64,000 bases of DNA from Oscillospiraceae bacterium MB08-C2-2 (GTDB lineage: Bacteria > Bacillota > Clostridia > Oscillospirales > Ruminococcaceae), in contig CP141729.1 of NCBI GenBank assembly GCA_035621215.1, forward strand, positions 206,944 through 270,943. The letters run 5' to 3'. Below, piece by piece: positions 28,339 through 38,294 of this stretch; position 1 is the stretch's first letter; every line of letters begins with the position of its first letter. The notes under the pieces are model-generated. The model made no database searches. It had not been told where the DNA came from and worked only from the letters and a program-made list of their open reading frames with translations. Made by a program: the position numbers and the translations under genes.

Positions 28339-28531
28339 GCACGATTCACTCCTTTTTCTCTAAGTTACTTTATATTATGTGGATAAAGCATACCCAGTGA
28401 ATTGCCGGAATCGCTTTGGAAAAGCGATACTGCTTGGCTATTCTCCCCGTACAGGCTGTATCGCTTTCCGGGTGGGATACTTTGGCGGTTCACCTAAAAT
28501 AAATTGATAATTTCAGCTTCGGAGGAACAAT

Positions 28532-29815
28532 ATGCCTGGCATGGATGATTACAGCAACATACCCCGCCGACCCACCAATCCCTATCGGGATATTCCGGGT
28601 GAACCACCCCGGCGCCCGGTATCTTCTCAGCCTGTAAGGAGGCCGACTTCTGCCGGTGGATCTGGCCCTTCCCCTCAAAGGCAGCAGCCTCCCCGCCGGG
28701 AGAGCGCTCCAAAAAAGGAAAAGCCCCAGCGTCCGCCAGAGGGCGGCAACCGCTGGTTCCGAGCCATTGTCATGGTGCTGATTACCTTGGGGTTCTGCCT
28801 GTTTATGGCCTTTTTTGCTATACAGGTGGCCAGTGATTTTGCCGGGCTGAATCAGGAGGATCGTCAGGTCGAAATTGTGGTGCCCAAAAATGCCACCATT
28901 TCCCAGGTGACCAAGCTGCTGAAAGAAACCGGTGTGATCACCCAGTCTCTTGCCTTCCAGGTTTATTCCAACTTAAAGGCAGAGGATGGAGCCTTTTTGC
29001 CCGGTACCTATATTTTTAACTGCAATATGGGCTATCAAGAGATCCGCTTGGCGCTTATCAATGGAAACATCAAAAAGGTTGAGGTTCGTATCACCTTTTA
29101 TGAGGGCATGACCCTTCGGGAGATTGCCAAACGTTTGGAAGAAAACAAAATCTGTGAAGCAAAGGAGTTTCTGGATTATCTGGATACTGCCGAGCTGAGC
29201 TATGAGTTTGTGGATATGATTCCTTCCAGCGGCCTTCGCTTCCACCGGATGGAGGGCTATGTTTTCCCAGATACCTATGATTTCTTTGAAGGAGAAAAGG
29301 TATCTTCGGTTGCGAAAAAGTTCTTGGATAACTTTGAAGCCAAAATCAGCGAAAAGATGCTGGCTAAGATGCAGGATATGAATATGTCTCTGGATGAAAC
29401 CATCACCTTGGCCTCCATTGTACAGAAGGAAGCAGGCGTTGCCGAGGAAATGGAGCGGGTTGCTTCGGTATTCCTCAATCGCCTGGATAATTCCCAAACC
29501 TATCCCCGCTTAGAATCCGATGTTACCATCCATTATGTGGAAGATTTCATCAAACCCTATCAGGATAAGCTGAATCAGGATATGTATGATGCCTACAACA
29601 CCTATAAAGCCTCCGGATTGCCGGTGGGTGCTATCTGCAACCCCGGTCTGGAAGCCATTGAATCGGTGTTGTATCCTGCCGATACCGACTATAACTTCTT
29701 TGTTACGGATAAGGAAGGCAAATACTACTACGCCGCAACGCCAGAGGAGCACTACAAAAATGTAAGAACCGCCGGCATCGGTGCTCACGGCACCGGTGTG
29801 GGAGACGAAGAATGA
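28532..29815 (+). CDS. mltG: Endolytic murein transglycosylase MltG (YceG-like) with a Pro/Arg-rich N-terminal extension
   Basis: A TM segment is followed by the YceG domain with ...FHRMEGYVFPDTYDF.... The N-terminal 75 aa are Pro-rich low complexity. Confidence 0.85.
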   Translation: MPGMDDYSNIPRRPTNPYRDIPGEPPRRPVSSQPVRRPTSAGGSGPSPQRQQPPRRESAPKKEKPQRPPEGGNRWFRAIVMVLITLGFCLFMAFFAIQVASDFAGLNQEDRQVEIVVPKNATISQVTKLLKETGVITQSLAFQVYSNLKAEDGAFLPGTYIFNCNMGYQEIRLALINGNIKKVEVRITFYEGMTLREIAKRLEENKICEAKEFLDYLDTAELSYEFVDMIPSSGLRFHRMEGYVFPDTYDFFEGEKVSSVAKKFLDNFEAKISEKMLAKMQDMNMSLDETITLASIVQKEAGVAEEMERVASVFLNRLDNSQTYPRLESDVTIHYVEDFIKPYQDKLNQDMYDAYNTYKASGLPVGAICNPGLEAIESVLYPADTDYNFFVTDKEGKYYYAATPEEHYKNVRTAGIGAHGTGVGDEE

Positions 29816-31044
29816 GCCGGGTTAGCCTTCCTGAACTGTTGGCCCCCGCAGGTGATCAGGAGCGTCTGGAGGCTGCCCTCCTCTTTGGCGCAGATGCAGT
29901 TTATCTGGGCGGCAAGTCTTTTGGTATGCGGGCAGGCCCGCAGAATTTTGATCAGACCCAGCTTGCGGCGGCTGTGGAGCGGTGCCACAGGCAGGGTGTG
30001 AAGGTTTATCTGACCTGCAACACCCTGCCCAGAGGTGAGGAAGCGGAGCACTTGCCGGAGTTTATCCGAAATGCCTCCCGTGCGGGCGTGGACGCTCTGA
30101 TTGTGGCGGATATCGGTGTTCTGATGATGGCCCGCCGGGAAGCGCCGGAGCTGGCTGTGCATATTTCAACGCAGATGGGGGTGGTGAACCATTTCACTGC
30201 CACCGAGCTCTATCACTTGGGTGCCTCCCGTGTGGTTTTGGCCCGGGAGCTTTCTCTTGATGAAATTGCCTTTCTGCGGGATCGTACCCCCCCGGAGCTG
30301 GAGCTGGAAGCTTTTGTTCATGGAGCCATGTGTGTTTCCTTTTCAGGGCGGTGTATGCTTTCTCAGTATCTGGTGGGCCGGGATGCCAACCGAGGTGAGT
30401 GCGCCCAGCCCTGCCGTTGGGGTTATCATCTTGTGGAGGAAAAACGCCTGAACCAGCCGTTCCCTATTTACGAGGATGAAAAAGGCACCTATATTCTCAA
30501 CGCACAGGATATGTGTATGCTGGAGCATCTGGATAAACTGCAAAGAGCGGGTATTACCAGCTTTAAGATCGAAGGCCGGGCTAAATCGGCTTATTATGTG
30601 GCGGTGGTGACCGGCGCTTACCGGCAGGCCATGGATTTGCTGGCAAAAGACCCCGACAACTATAATCCTCCTGCATGGCTGGTGGAAGAAACCCGAAAGG
30701 TGAGCCACCGGCAGTATTGCACCGGCTTTTTCTTTCCCGATCAGCCCCCCAATCAATACCTGAAAAGCGGTGGCTATGTCCGGGATTGGGAGGTAGTGGC
30801 TGTGGTGGAGGGCTGGCAGGACGGAGAACTGCTTTGCCGTGAAAAAAACCGCTTCTCTCAGGGAGAAACGGTGGAGGTTATGCAGCCGATGAAGCCGCCT
30901 GTCCGGCTTGAGATCACTGCCATCACAGATGAGGAGGGGCAGGTTATCGAGACCGCTCGTCATCCTCATATGCTGGTGAAAATCCCCAGTGCCCAGCCCT
31001 TTGCGCCCGGTTCGCTGCTGCGCATCCGGCGGGAAGAAGAATAA
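29812..31044 (+). CDS. Peptidase U32 family protein (YegQ/RlhA-like)
   Basis: ...HGAMCVSFSGRCMLSQYLVGRDANRGECAQPCRW... is the U32 signature. It overlaps mltG by 4 nt. Confidence 0.8.
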   Translation: MSRVSLPELLAPAGDQERLEAALLFGADAVYLGGKSFGMRAGPQNFDQTQLAAAVERCHRQGVKVYLTCNTLPRGEEAEHLPEFIRNASRAGVDALIVADIGVLMMARREAPELAVHISTQMGVVNHFTATELYHLGASRVVLARELSLDEIAFLRDRTPPELELEAFVHGAMCVSFSGRCMLSQYLVGRDANRGECAQPCRWGYHLVEEKRLNQPFPIYEDEKGTYILNAQDMCMLEHLDKLQRAGITSFKIEGRAKSAYYVAVVTGAYRQAMDLLAKDPDNYNPPAWLVEETRKVSHRQYCTGFFFPDQPPNQYLKSGGYVRDWEVVAVVEGWQDGELLCREKNRFSQGETVEVMQPMKPPVRLEITAITDEEGQVIETARHPHMLVKIPSAQPFAPGSLLRIRREEE

Positions 31045-31048
31045 TCTT

Positions 31049-31082
31049 GCGGGCTCAGCGGCATTGCCGGGGGCCCGCTTTT
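31049..31082 (+). terminator. Intrinsic terminator after the U32 peptidase gene
   Basis: gcgggc...gcccgc stem followed by TTTT. Confidence 0.45.
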
Positions 31083-31292
31083 CAATTTATTTGCATTTCC
31101 GCAAGCCAGTAAGAAAAGCGACGCAACCGGGGGCAGCGTGGATACATTGCCGGGAATTAGGCGGCATTGCCTGTATATGCGCTTTCAGCAGCTATTAAAA
31201 GCATTGCGTTTTTAACAAATGTCTAGTATAATAATTGTAGTTGTTGCCATCACATATGTGAAATTGCGGCGATTACAGAAGGAGTATGGCAT

Positions 31293-32708
31293 ATGGAGCT
31301 TATTGGGTTCATCATAGCGGCGGCTGTGGTTGTTATCGCACTGCTGGGATATGTAAAAGCGCCGCCAGATACCGCTTTTATCATTTCTGGTCTGCGTAAG
31401 CATTCTAAAATTATTGTGGGACGTTCAAGCATTCGAATTCCTTTTTTGGAGCGTTTGGATAAGATTCCCCTCAACCTGATGCAGGTGGATATTAAAACCA
31501 ATTCCGCTGTGCCCACCGCAGAATACATAAACATTTTTGTGGATGGTGTTGCCAATATCAAGGTTTCCTCTGATTTGGAATCCATCCGTCTGGCCAGCCA
31601 GAACTTCCTTGGCCGCAAAAAAGAGGATATTGCCAACGTGGCCCAGCAGGTTCTGGAAGGCAATATGCGTGAGATCGTGGGCCAGATGAAGCTTTCCGAG
31701 CTGGTGCAGAACCGGGATAAGTTCGCCACTATGGTGCAGGAAAATGCCATGGGCGATATGCGGAAAATGGGCCTTGAAATCGTGAACCTGACTATCCAGA
31801 ACTTTGTTGACCAGAACAAGGTCATTGAAGATTTGGGTATGGATAACGTGGTGCAGATCAAAAAGGATGCGGCCGTTGCCCGGGCCAGAGGTGAGCGGGA
31901 TATCGCCATTGCCACCTCCAATGCCAAGGAGGAGGCCAACTTGGCCCGCACCGAGGCTGAGGCTAAAATTGCTAAGCAGAACAACGATCTGCTCATCAAG
32001 CAGGCGGCTCTCAAGCTGGAAGCGGATACCCGCCAGGCTGAGGCCGATGCGGCTTATGATATCCAAAAGCAGGAGCAGCGTAAAATTATAGAGGTTGCCT
32101 CTGCCAATGCAGACATTGCCCGTAAGGAACGAGAGGTTCTCTTGCAGGAGCGGCAGGTTGAGTTCAACGAACGTGAGCTGGATGCAGAGGTTCGCAAGCG
32201 TGCAGATGCCGAGCGTTATGCTTTGGAGCAAAAGGCACAGGCTGATCTCTATATTCGCCAGAAGGATGCAGAAGCTAAAAACTACGAGGTTTTGCAGGAG
32301 GCTGAGGCTCAAAAAGCACAGGCCTCTGCCGACCGCTTTGCTAAAGAGCAGGAGGCCGTGGGTATTCAGGCGGTAGGTCTTGCCGAGGCCGAGGCAATTC
32401 GCCAGAAGGCGGAGGCGATGCGGCTTATGGGCGAAGCTTCTATGATGGAAATGTATTTGCAGGCTCTGCCTGAGGTGGTTAAAAACGCCGCCATGCCTCT
32501 TGCTCAGACCGAGAAGATTGTGATGTACGGGGATGGCAATTCCACTCGAATGATCCGGGATGTGATGAATTCCTCCAATCAGATTATCGATGGGCTGACC
32601 GATGCCACCGGCATGGACATCAAAGAGGTGCTTTCCAAGTTCCTGAACAAGAATTTACAGGGAAAATCCCCCCTGAACTTTGAAGAGACCAAAGAAGAAA
32701 CCCTATAA
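31293..32708 (+). CDS. Flotillin-like SPFH-domain protein (FloT/YuaG-like)
   Basis: An N-terminal TM is followed by an SPFH domain and a long Ala/Glu-rich coiled-coil flotillin tail. GAAGGAG lies 8 nt upstream. Confidence 0.8.
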   Translation: MELIGFIIAAAVVVIALLGYVKAPPDTAFIISGLRKHSKIIVGRSSIRIPFLERLDKIPLNLMQVDIKTNSAVPTAEYINIFVDGVANIKVSSDLESIRLASQNFLGRKKEDIANVAQQVLEGNMREIVGQMKLSELVQNRDKFATMVQENAMGDMRKMGLEIVNLTIQNFVDQNKVIEDLGMDNVVQIKKDAAVARARGERDIAIATSNAKEEANLARTEAEAKIAKQNNDLLIKQAALKLEADTRQAEADAAYDIQKQEQRKIIEVASANADIARKEREVLLQERQVEFNERELDAEVRKRADAERYALEQKAQADLYIRQKDAEAKNYEVLQEAEAQKAQASADRFAKEQEAVGIQAVGLAEAEAIRQKAEAMRLMGEASMMEMYLQALPEVVKNAAMPLAQTEKIVMYGDGNSTRMIRDVMNSSNQIIDGLTDATGMDIKEVLSKFLNKNLQGKSPLNFEETKEETL

Positions 32709-32796
32709 TATAAGCCTTTATGACTTGCCGCTTCACCCTCACCATGCCGGTGGGGGTGAAGTTATATCTAAACCCAGACAGCAAAGGAGCCGTCCT

Positions 32797-34329
32797 ATGA
32801 GCAAATATCTGCTGGTTTACGACATTGTAACCTCTGTAAACAAAACTTCTCTTTTTACAACCGAAGGGGAGCTGATCCGGTGTGTCGAGTACCCGCTGAC
32901 TGTGAACTTTCTACAGGATGGGTGGGCTGAACAATCGGCCGAGAGTTGGTGGGAATCCACCTGCTCCAACACCCGGGCTGTTTTGGAGGGCCTTGACCCT
33001 TCCCATGTGTGTGCAGTCAGCTTTACCGCTCAAACAATGGTGTGCCTGTGCGTTGACCGGGAAGGAAACCCTTTGCGCCCGGCCATCACTTGGTCAGATC
33101 GGCGCTCCGGCGAGATAGAGGATTCTCTGGCCGGGCGGTACGATGCGCTGGCCATACGAAACATCACCGGTGGGCGCAATAAGCCGGAAAACAGCCTGCG
33201 TAAGCTGGCGTGGATACGGGAGAAGGAGCCGGAGATTTATGCAAAGACCTACAAAATGCTCCAATGCAAGGATTATCTGATGCTGAAAATGACCGGCCGG
33301 TTTGTCACCGATTATTCCGATGCCAGCTGTACAGGCGGCTTTGATATTGGGAAGTTCGATTGGTCTCGGGAGCTGGTAGAGGCGTTGGGGCTGGATAGGG
33401 CCAAGCTTCCCGAGGTGTTTCCCTCCACTCATGTGGTGGGGGGAATTACCCCACAGGCCGCCACTGAAACCGGCTTATTGGCTGGTACACCGGTGGTGCT
33501 GGGCGGGCAGGATTTTGCCTGTGCCGCTGTGGGGGCGGGCTGCGTGGAGGAGGGGCAAGCTTATCTTTCCGCCGGCTCCTCCTCATGGATCAGTATGGCC
33601 AGCGGATCGCCTTTAAAGGCCGAAGGCTTTGATAATCTTGCTCATGCGGTTCCCGGTCTGCTGTGCCCGTTGGCTTCGGTGCAGGAGCTGGGCACAGTCT
33701 TTAAATGGCTGAAAAACCGTATCTTCCAGTATGACCCTGCTTTCACAGGGGATACCAATGTATATACCTACAAGAACATTTATCCCTACACGGGCATGGA
33801 AGAGCTGGTGAGGGCCTCTGAGCCCGGTGCAGGGGGGATGCTGTATCTACCCTACCTGTTGGGAAATACGGCAGGAATGGCCGATTCCTTTGCCCGTGGA
33901 GCCTATGTGGGGCTGCGGGTAGAGCATACCCGGGAGGATATGCTGCGGGCGGCATTGGAAGGCATTACCTTCCACCTGAACGGACTGCTGGAAAAAGTAC
34001 GGCAGGATACGGCTATCCACGCCATGCGGGTGGTGGGCAATGCCTGCACAGAAGCGCAGTGGCTGCAAATTATGGCGGGGGTATTTGGAATGCCGCTGGA
34101 ACATTTCAGCCGCCCCGGCACGGCAGATTCCTTTGGAGCGGCTATTTTGGCCGGGGTGGGCATTGGCTTGTATAGTGATTTCAAGCAGGCACATCGCTTT
34201 GCCCGCTGGCAGACTGTTTCTCCCGATCCGGCATTGGTGAGGGCCTATGAAAAGCTGTTTCCGCTCTTTCGCCAAAGCTATCAAGGGCTGCGCGGCGTTT
34301 TCGAGCAGCTTTCCTCTTTTGAGGCTTAG
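32797..34329 (+). CDS. FGGY-family carbohydrate kinase (xylulokinase/gluconokinase-like)
   Basis: The start MSKYLLVYDIVTSVNKTSLF (AAAGGAG RBS) is followed by ...AITWSDRRS... and ...GGQDFACAAVGAG..., which are FGGY motifs. The ORF-track start at 32680 is probably an N-terminal over-extension. Confidence 0.75.
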   Translation: MSKYLLVYDIVTSVNKTSLFTTEGELIRCVEYPLTVNFLQDGWAEQSAESWWESTCSNTRAVLEGLDPSHVCAVSFTAQTMVCLCVDREGNPLRPAITWSDRRSGEIEDSLAGRYDALAIRNITGGRNKPENSLRKLAWIREKEPEIYAKTYKMLQCKDYLMLKMTGRFVTDYSDASCTGGFDIGKFDWSRELVEALGLDRAKLPEVFPSTHVVGGITPQAATETGLLAGTPVVLGGQDFACAAVGAGCVEEGQAYLSAGSSSWISMASGSPLKAEGFDNLAHAVPGLLCPLASVQELGTVFKWLKNRIFQYDPAFTGDTNVYTYKNIYPYTGMEELVRASEPGAGGMLYLPYLLGNTAGMADSFARGAYVGLRVEHTREDMLRAALEGITFHLNGLLEKVRQDTAIHAMRVVGNACTEAQWLQIMAGVFGMPLEHFSRPGTADSFGAAILAGVGIGLYSDFKQAHRFARWQTVSPDPALVRAYEKLFPLFRQSYQGLRGVFEQLSSFEA

Positions 34330-34354
34330 CCAGAAAATATTCTCTAGCCTTGTG

Positions 34355-34726
34355 TCAACCTTGCTGTTCCTCGGCCGCTTGCTCCTTGCAGGCGCTCAGA
34401 TGTGAAATATACTCGCTTCCCCACTGGCCCAGTGCATCCAATACAACTTGGAACTTTTCGCCCACATCGCTCAAAAGATACTCCACCTTGGGGGGAATCT
34501 GGGAATATTCCCGGCGTATGATCAGGCTGTCCGATTCCAGAGCCTTTAATTGCCGGGAAAGGGTTGTGTGGGTCATTTCCACGGGCATCTGCCGCTGCAG
34601 CTCGTTGAAGCGGATAGGTCCCTTTGAGAGGATATATAGGATATACAAAGACCACTTTCCAGTCAGTACCTTTTGCGAGGTTAGGTAAGGGCATAATCCA
34701 AACAATTCTTTTTTTATCGATGACAT
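34355..34726 (-). CDS. HxlR-family transcriptional regulator
   Basis: ...CPYLTSQKVLTGKWSLYILYILSKGPIRFNELQR... is an HxlR-type winged helix. Confidence 0.8.
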   Translation of the reverse strand: MSSIKKELFGLCPYLTSQKVLTGKWSLYILYILSKGPIRFNELQRQMPVEMTHTTLSRQLKALESDSLIIRREYSQIPPKVEYLLSDVGEKFQVVLDALGQWGSEYISHLSACKEQAAEEQQG

Positions 34727-34820
34727 TACGGTATCCTTTCCGATACTGGTATCTTAAAAAAACGTAGTTGCGTTTATATCTGTATGCGATATAATTGAAT
34801 TATATCATGCAAATAAGGTT

Positions 34821-35234
34821 GTGAAAAGGAGAATTTCTTTGGAAGAAACACTGGAGTTTTTGAAAAAATGCGGCACATTTTATTTGGCAACAAACGAGGG
34901 TAATCAGCCCCGTGTCCGTCCCTTTGGGGCTGTATGTGCCTTTGAAGGCAAGCTTTATATTGTAACCAATAATCAGAAAAAGGTTTTTGCCCAAATGCAG
35001 AAGAACCCAAAAGTGGAGATCAGCGGTATGGCCGGAGGCCAGTGGATACGCCTTGAGGCAGAGGCCATTCACGATTCCCGCCGGGAGGTGCGTGCAGCTA
35101 TGCTGGCGGATAATGAAGAAACACTCAGCCGTATGTACAGCGCCGACGATCAGCTGATGGAAGTTCTCTATTTGCAAAACGCCACTGCGACCATCTGCAC
35201 TTTTGCAGGTGAGCCCGAAGAATACCGTTTTTAG
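34821..35234 (+). CDS. Pyridoxamine 5'-phosphate oxidase-like FMN-binding protein (general stress protein 26-like)
   Basis: ...GTFYLATNEGNQPRVRPFG...LYIVTNNQKKVFAQMQKNPKVEI.... It is divergent from the HxlR regulator. The true start may be the TTG at about 34839, after AAAGGAGAA. Confidence 0.65.
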   Translation: MKRRISLEETLEFLKKCGTFYLATNEGNQPRVRPFGAVCAFEGKLYIVTNNQKKVFAQMQKNPKVEISGMAGGQWIRLEAEAIHDSRREVRAAMLADNEETLSRMYSADDQLMEVLYLQNATATICTFAGEPEEYRF

Positions 35235-35487
35235 TCCAATCGAGGGATGCACACGATTAAGCGAGGGGGAGCGTGACGCTTCGCCTCGCTTTTGTGGTTC
35301 CATAGCATTGGCCATTGCGGCTAATGCTCCTCACGGGCAAAAAAAATTCTGCGGGCTTGGCCGCAGAAACAATACTCAAATATAGTTAATTCACTTACAA
35401 CAATTCCGGTCTTAAAGCCGGGTATATGAGGTATAGTTGAGATACAGCAATTGAAGTTTGAATCCTTGCTGTGAAAGCCTAGCGGCT

Positions 35488-36354
35488 TTATACTTTTTGC
35501 AATGCCCACCGCATTCCGGCGTGTGCATTGCGAAAGGGCGAGATCGGATCGGGAATACGCCCGATGCCTTGTATAAGAGTTTCAATGCTGTGCCGCAAAT
35601 CGAGGCTGGTGCATCCGGGTTTATAGTCGTATTCCAGAATCAGGCTGGCATCCGGGGTATAAATACGGTAAAGATTGAAAAACTGTTCCAGATTCCGGCC
35701 GGAAAGAGCAAATGGATCTTCTGGGTTTCCTAAATTACATAAGCGGTAGGCTACAATGCAATCTTCCAGAGTTGAAACTATGTGAGGCAAGTTCCATTTT
35801 TCTTTTATACATCGTTCAATATCCAACACACAGTCGATTTCAGGAAAGTTTTCAAACAGCTCGATAAAGTCATCCGCATTAAACATGGGGCAGCATTCGG
35901 AATTGCCTCCTGCATTTTCAATATTCAGGGTTATGTTGCATTGGCGGCCCAGATAGGAGAGGGCTTCCAGATTCTCAAAAACATTGGGGTTCAGACTTTG
36001 TTGGCTATCCGGCGACACGATTTGATCTTGGGTCCGCAGTGTCAGGGTGGGGCTGCCCAGCATCCGAGCCATAAAGAAAGCGTATGTACAGTTTTTTATC
36101 AGCTTATGGTGTTCAGTGGTTCCCTTTGGGGCGATGATCTCTGAGCCCAGATAGGGGCTTTTGACTGAAATGGGGTAGGGGCGTAAATCGGGAATTTTTT
36201 GTTGGAGCATTCTTTGATATTCTGGTGAGTGGACAAGTAGGGGAATATCCATTCCCACCCGGCCATCGTATTGGGAGATAACCGATTCCACCAATTCCAT
36301 GGCTTCCAGAGTGGTCTCATAATCGTACATAGCAGTGCTGACAAAAATGTGCAT
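35488..36354 (-). CDS. Hypothetical protein, possibly a xylose-isomerase-like TIM-barrel (sugar phosphate isomerase/epimerase) fold
   Basis: The start MHIFVSTAMYDYE... has an AGGATGAGG RBS. The family assignment is a weak guess based on the ...NIENAGG... and ...DIER... blocks. Confidence 0.35.
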   Translation of the reverse strand: MHIFVSTAMYDYETTLEAMELVESVISQYDGRVGMDIPLLVHSPEYQRMLQQKIPDLRPYPISVKSPYLGSEIIAPKGTTEHHKLIKNCTYAFFMARMLGSPTLTLRTQDQIVSPDSQQSLNPNVFENLEALSYLGRQCNITLNIENAGGNSECCPMFNADDFIELFENFPEIDCVLDIERCIKEKWNLPHIVSTLEDCIVAYRLCNLGNPEDPFALSGRNLEQFFNLYRIYTPDASLILEYDYKPGCTSLDLRHSIETLIQGIGRIPDPISPFRNAHAGMRWALQKV

Positions 36355-37331
36355 GACTAAATACCTCATCCTGTTGTTTTCTTTTGATCGTTATAGAGCA
36401 CTTATGTTGTCAGCCCAGTTTAACTTGCACCTTACTGTTTGAAACAGAAGGAGGGCTGACTGCGAACGACAAGCAGCCTCTGCTCAAGGGAAGCGGATCA
36501 CGGTATGAGCCGTGAATTTAAAATAAACCGAAGAATATCTTAAACCTGCTTTAAACGCATCCGGCAAGCAGCTTTGAAGCCTTTTTAAAGCCGCAGAAAA
36601 ATGCTTTTGCGTCTTTCTAAGGAGACAGAGCTGTTGGAAATATAAATGCTTTTTCGCTTTGGGCATAACAAAAGGGACAAAATCCGCATACTTGTCCTAG
36701 CAGAGATTACGGTTTGTCTATGTACTTTATCATTCCCCTACGGGAGAAACTTCTTGGGTCTTTGCTCGATTTTTTGAGCATTTCTTTGTAATTTGTTGTG
36801 CAACAAAAGCGAAAGAAGCATTAATACTGTATTATATTGGTAAATATAGAATATTTTGATCAAAAAAATTGTCGCTCGCTGTCGACATAACAGAAATCCA
36901 TTAAAAAAATTGGAAAAAAGGTGAATTTCGCTTTAAAATAGTCGGTATTTGCTTTAATTTAAGAAAGTTTTCTGAGGGATCCCTCGAGTTTGAGTAGATG
37001 TGCCATTGCGATATGAGTGCCTTTTGAATACAATGGCAAGAGCTTGTCACGCTAAGATCAGCGCGGTTTTCAAGGTTGCATAAGAGCAGCGAGGCACAGT
37101 GCCGCAGCTTTAAAATCCTCCAAAATGACAGCTTCGAATGATTTTGAGGCTGTCATTTTCGATGGAGATAGGTATAATCCGGCTTGCTTTAAGGCTTTTG
37201 CGATCAATAAACTTAAGACAAGGCTCCCATTTCCTTTTGTGCAAAAGATGGGAGCCTTGTCTTGGTATAGTCCGCTATATTGAATACTTCTGTATTGGGT
37301 TTTGTTTTCCGAAGAATCTAAAGCTGAAAGT

Positions 37332-38096
37332 CTATTCTTCCACAGCGGATTCTTCGGCTGGCACTTCCTCTTTGGGTTCTTCCCACAAGCGGATAATACC
37401 GATAGGTGTCTGCTCGTCCGACTGTCCCAAAGGGTTATCCTTCAAAATACGAACCAGCCAGCTCTTATCCATATCCGAATGAGAGATGCCCAGAATGTTA
37501 CCACCCAAATCATTGATATCAACAACAGCTACAGGGCACCCACAGCCTTTAGAAGCCTCTTTAGCAGCCTCATCGGGGTTAGTAGGGCCAAGGACGACAT
37601 AATCGTTATAAGGGGGGATTGTGCAGTCGCAGGGGCCATCGATGGAACGTGCCTTGTCACCGGCAATTTGATAAAACCAGCCCCGCTTGCCAATCAGCTT
37701 TCCGATAACTGAAATGAAGGCCGCAAAGAGGATTCGGATTACACCGCATTCACGCAGAGCCATTTCCATGGTCTCGGGAATACTCAGGCCAATTCCGTAA
37801 GGGTTTTTATAGACAAAGCGACAGAGAGTGCGTGCCAGCCAGCTGGGTTTAATGTCCTTCATGGGAATGGCCCGCTTTTGGGTGCAGGCGACTGCCTTTT
37901 CTGAGATAAAGGCAATATCACCGGGCTTTGCTACTGGAGCAATGTATTGGGAGGCCACTTGGGTCAAGGTATCCCGATCCGTGATAATGTGTGTTTTTAA
38001 AGGAATACGGGCATATTGCCGGCCGTCTACTTCGATCAGCAGCCCTTTTCCCTCGTTGGCTTTTTCCATTGCTTGAACCGCTCCTTTTTTATCCAT
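37332..38096 (-). CDS. F420-0:gamma-glutamyl ligase (CofE)-like family protein
   Basis: ...PGDIAFISEKAVACTQKRAIP... and a Gly-rich core fit the F420_ligase fold. An acidic C-terminal tail is present. Confidence 0.45.
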   Translation of the reverse strand: MDKKGAVQAMEKANEGKGLLIEVDGRQYARIPLKTHIITDRDTLTQVASQYIAPVAKPGDIAFISEKAVACTQKRAIPMKDIKPSWLARTLCRFVYKNPYGIGLSIPETMEMALRECGVIRILFAAFISVIGKLIGKRGWFYQIAGDKARSIDGPCDCTIPPYNDYVVLGPTNPDEAAKEASKGCGCPVAVVDINDLGGNILGISHSDMDKSWLVRILKDNPLGQSDEQTPIGIIRLWEEPKEEVPAEESAVEE

Positions 38097-38250
38097 ACGC
38101 TATTTTGGGGCCGAATGCCCCAGATTATACCAATTACGTTTAAAATAAGCCTGATAGGCAAGATTTTGGTGAAATCGGCAATTTAATCTAGTATATCACT
38201 TTCGGACATTCACTACAAGAACTACCCGCCCATATCCTTGGCAAAATAAT

Positions 38251-38274
38251 CCCCGCCCTTTTTCAAGGGCGGGG
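38251..38274 (-). terminator. Intrinsic terminator downstream of the 880-aa surface protein gene
   Basis: ccccgccctt-tttcaa-gggcgggg, with a T-rich run after it on the minus strand. Confidence 0.55.
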
Positions 38275-38294
38275 AAAGCGGATACAAGAAAGGT

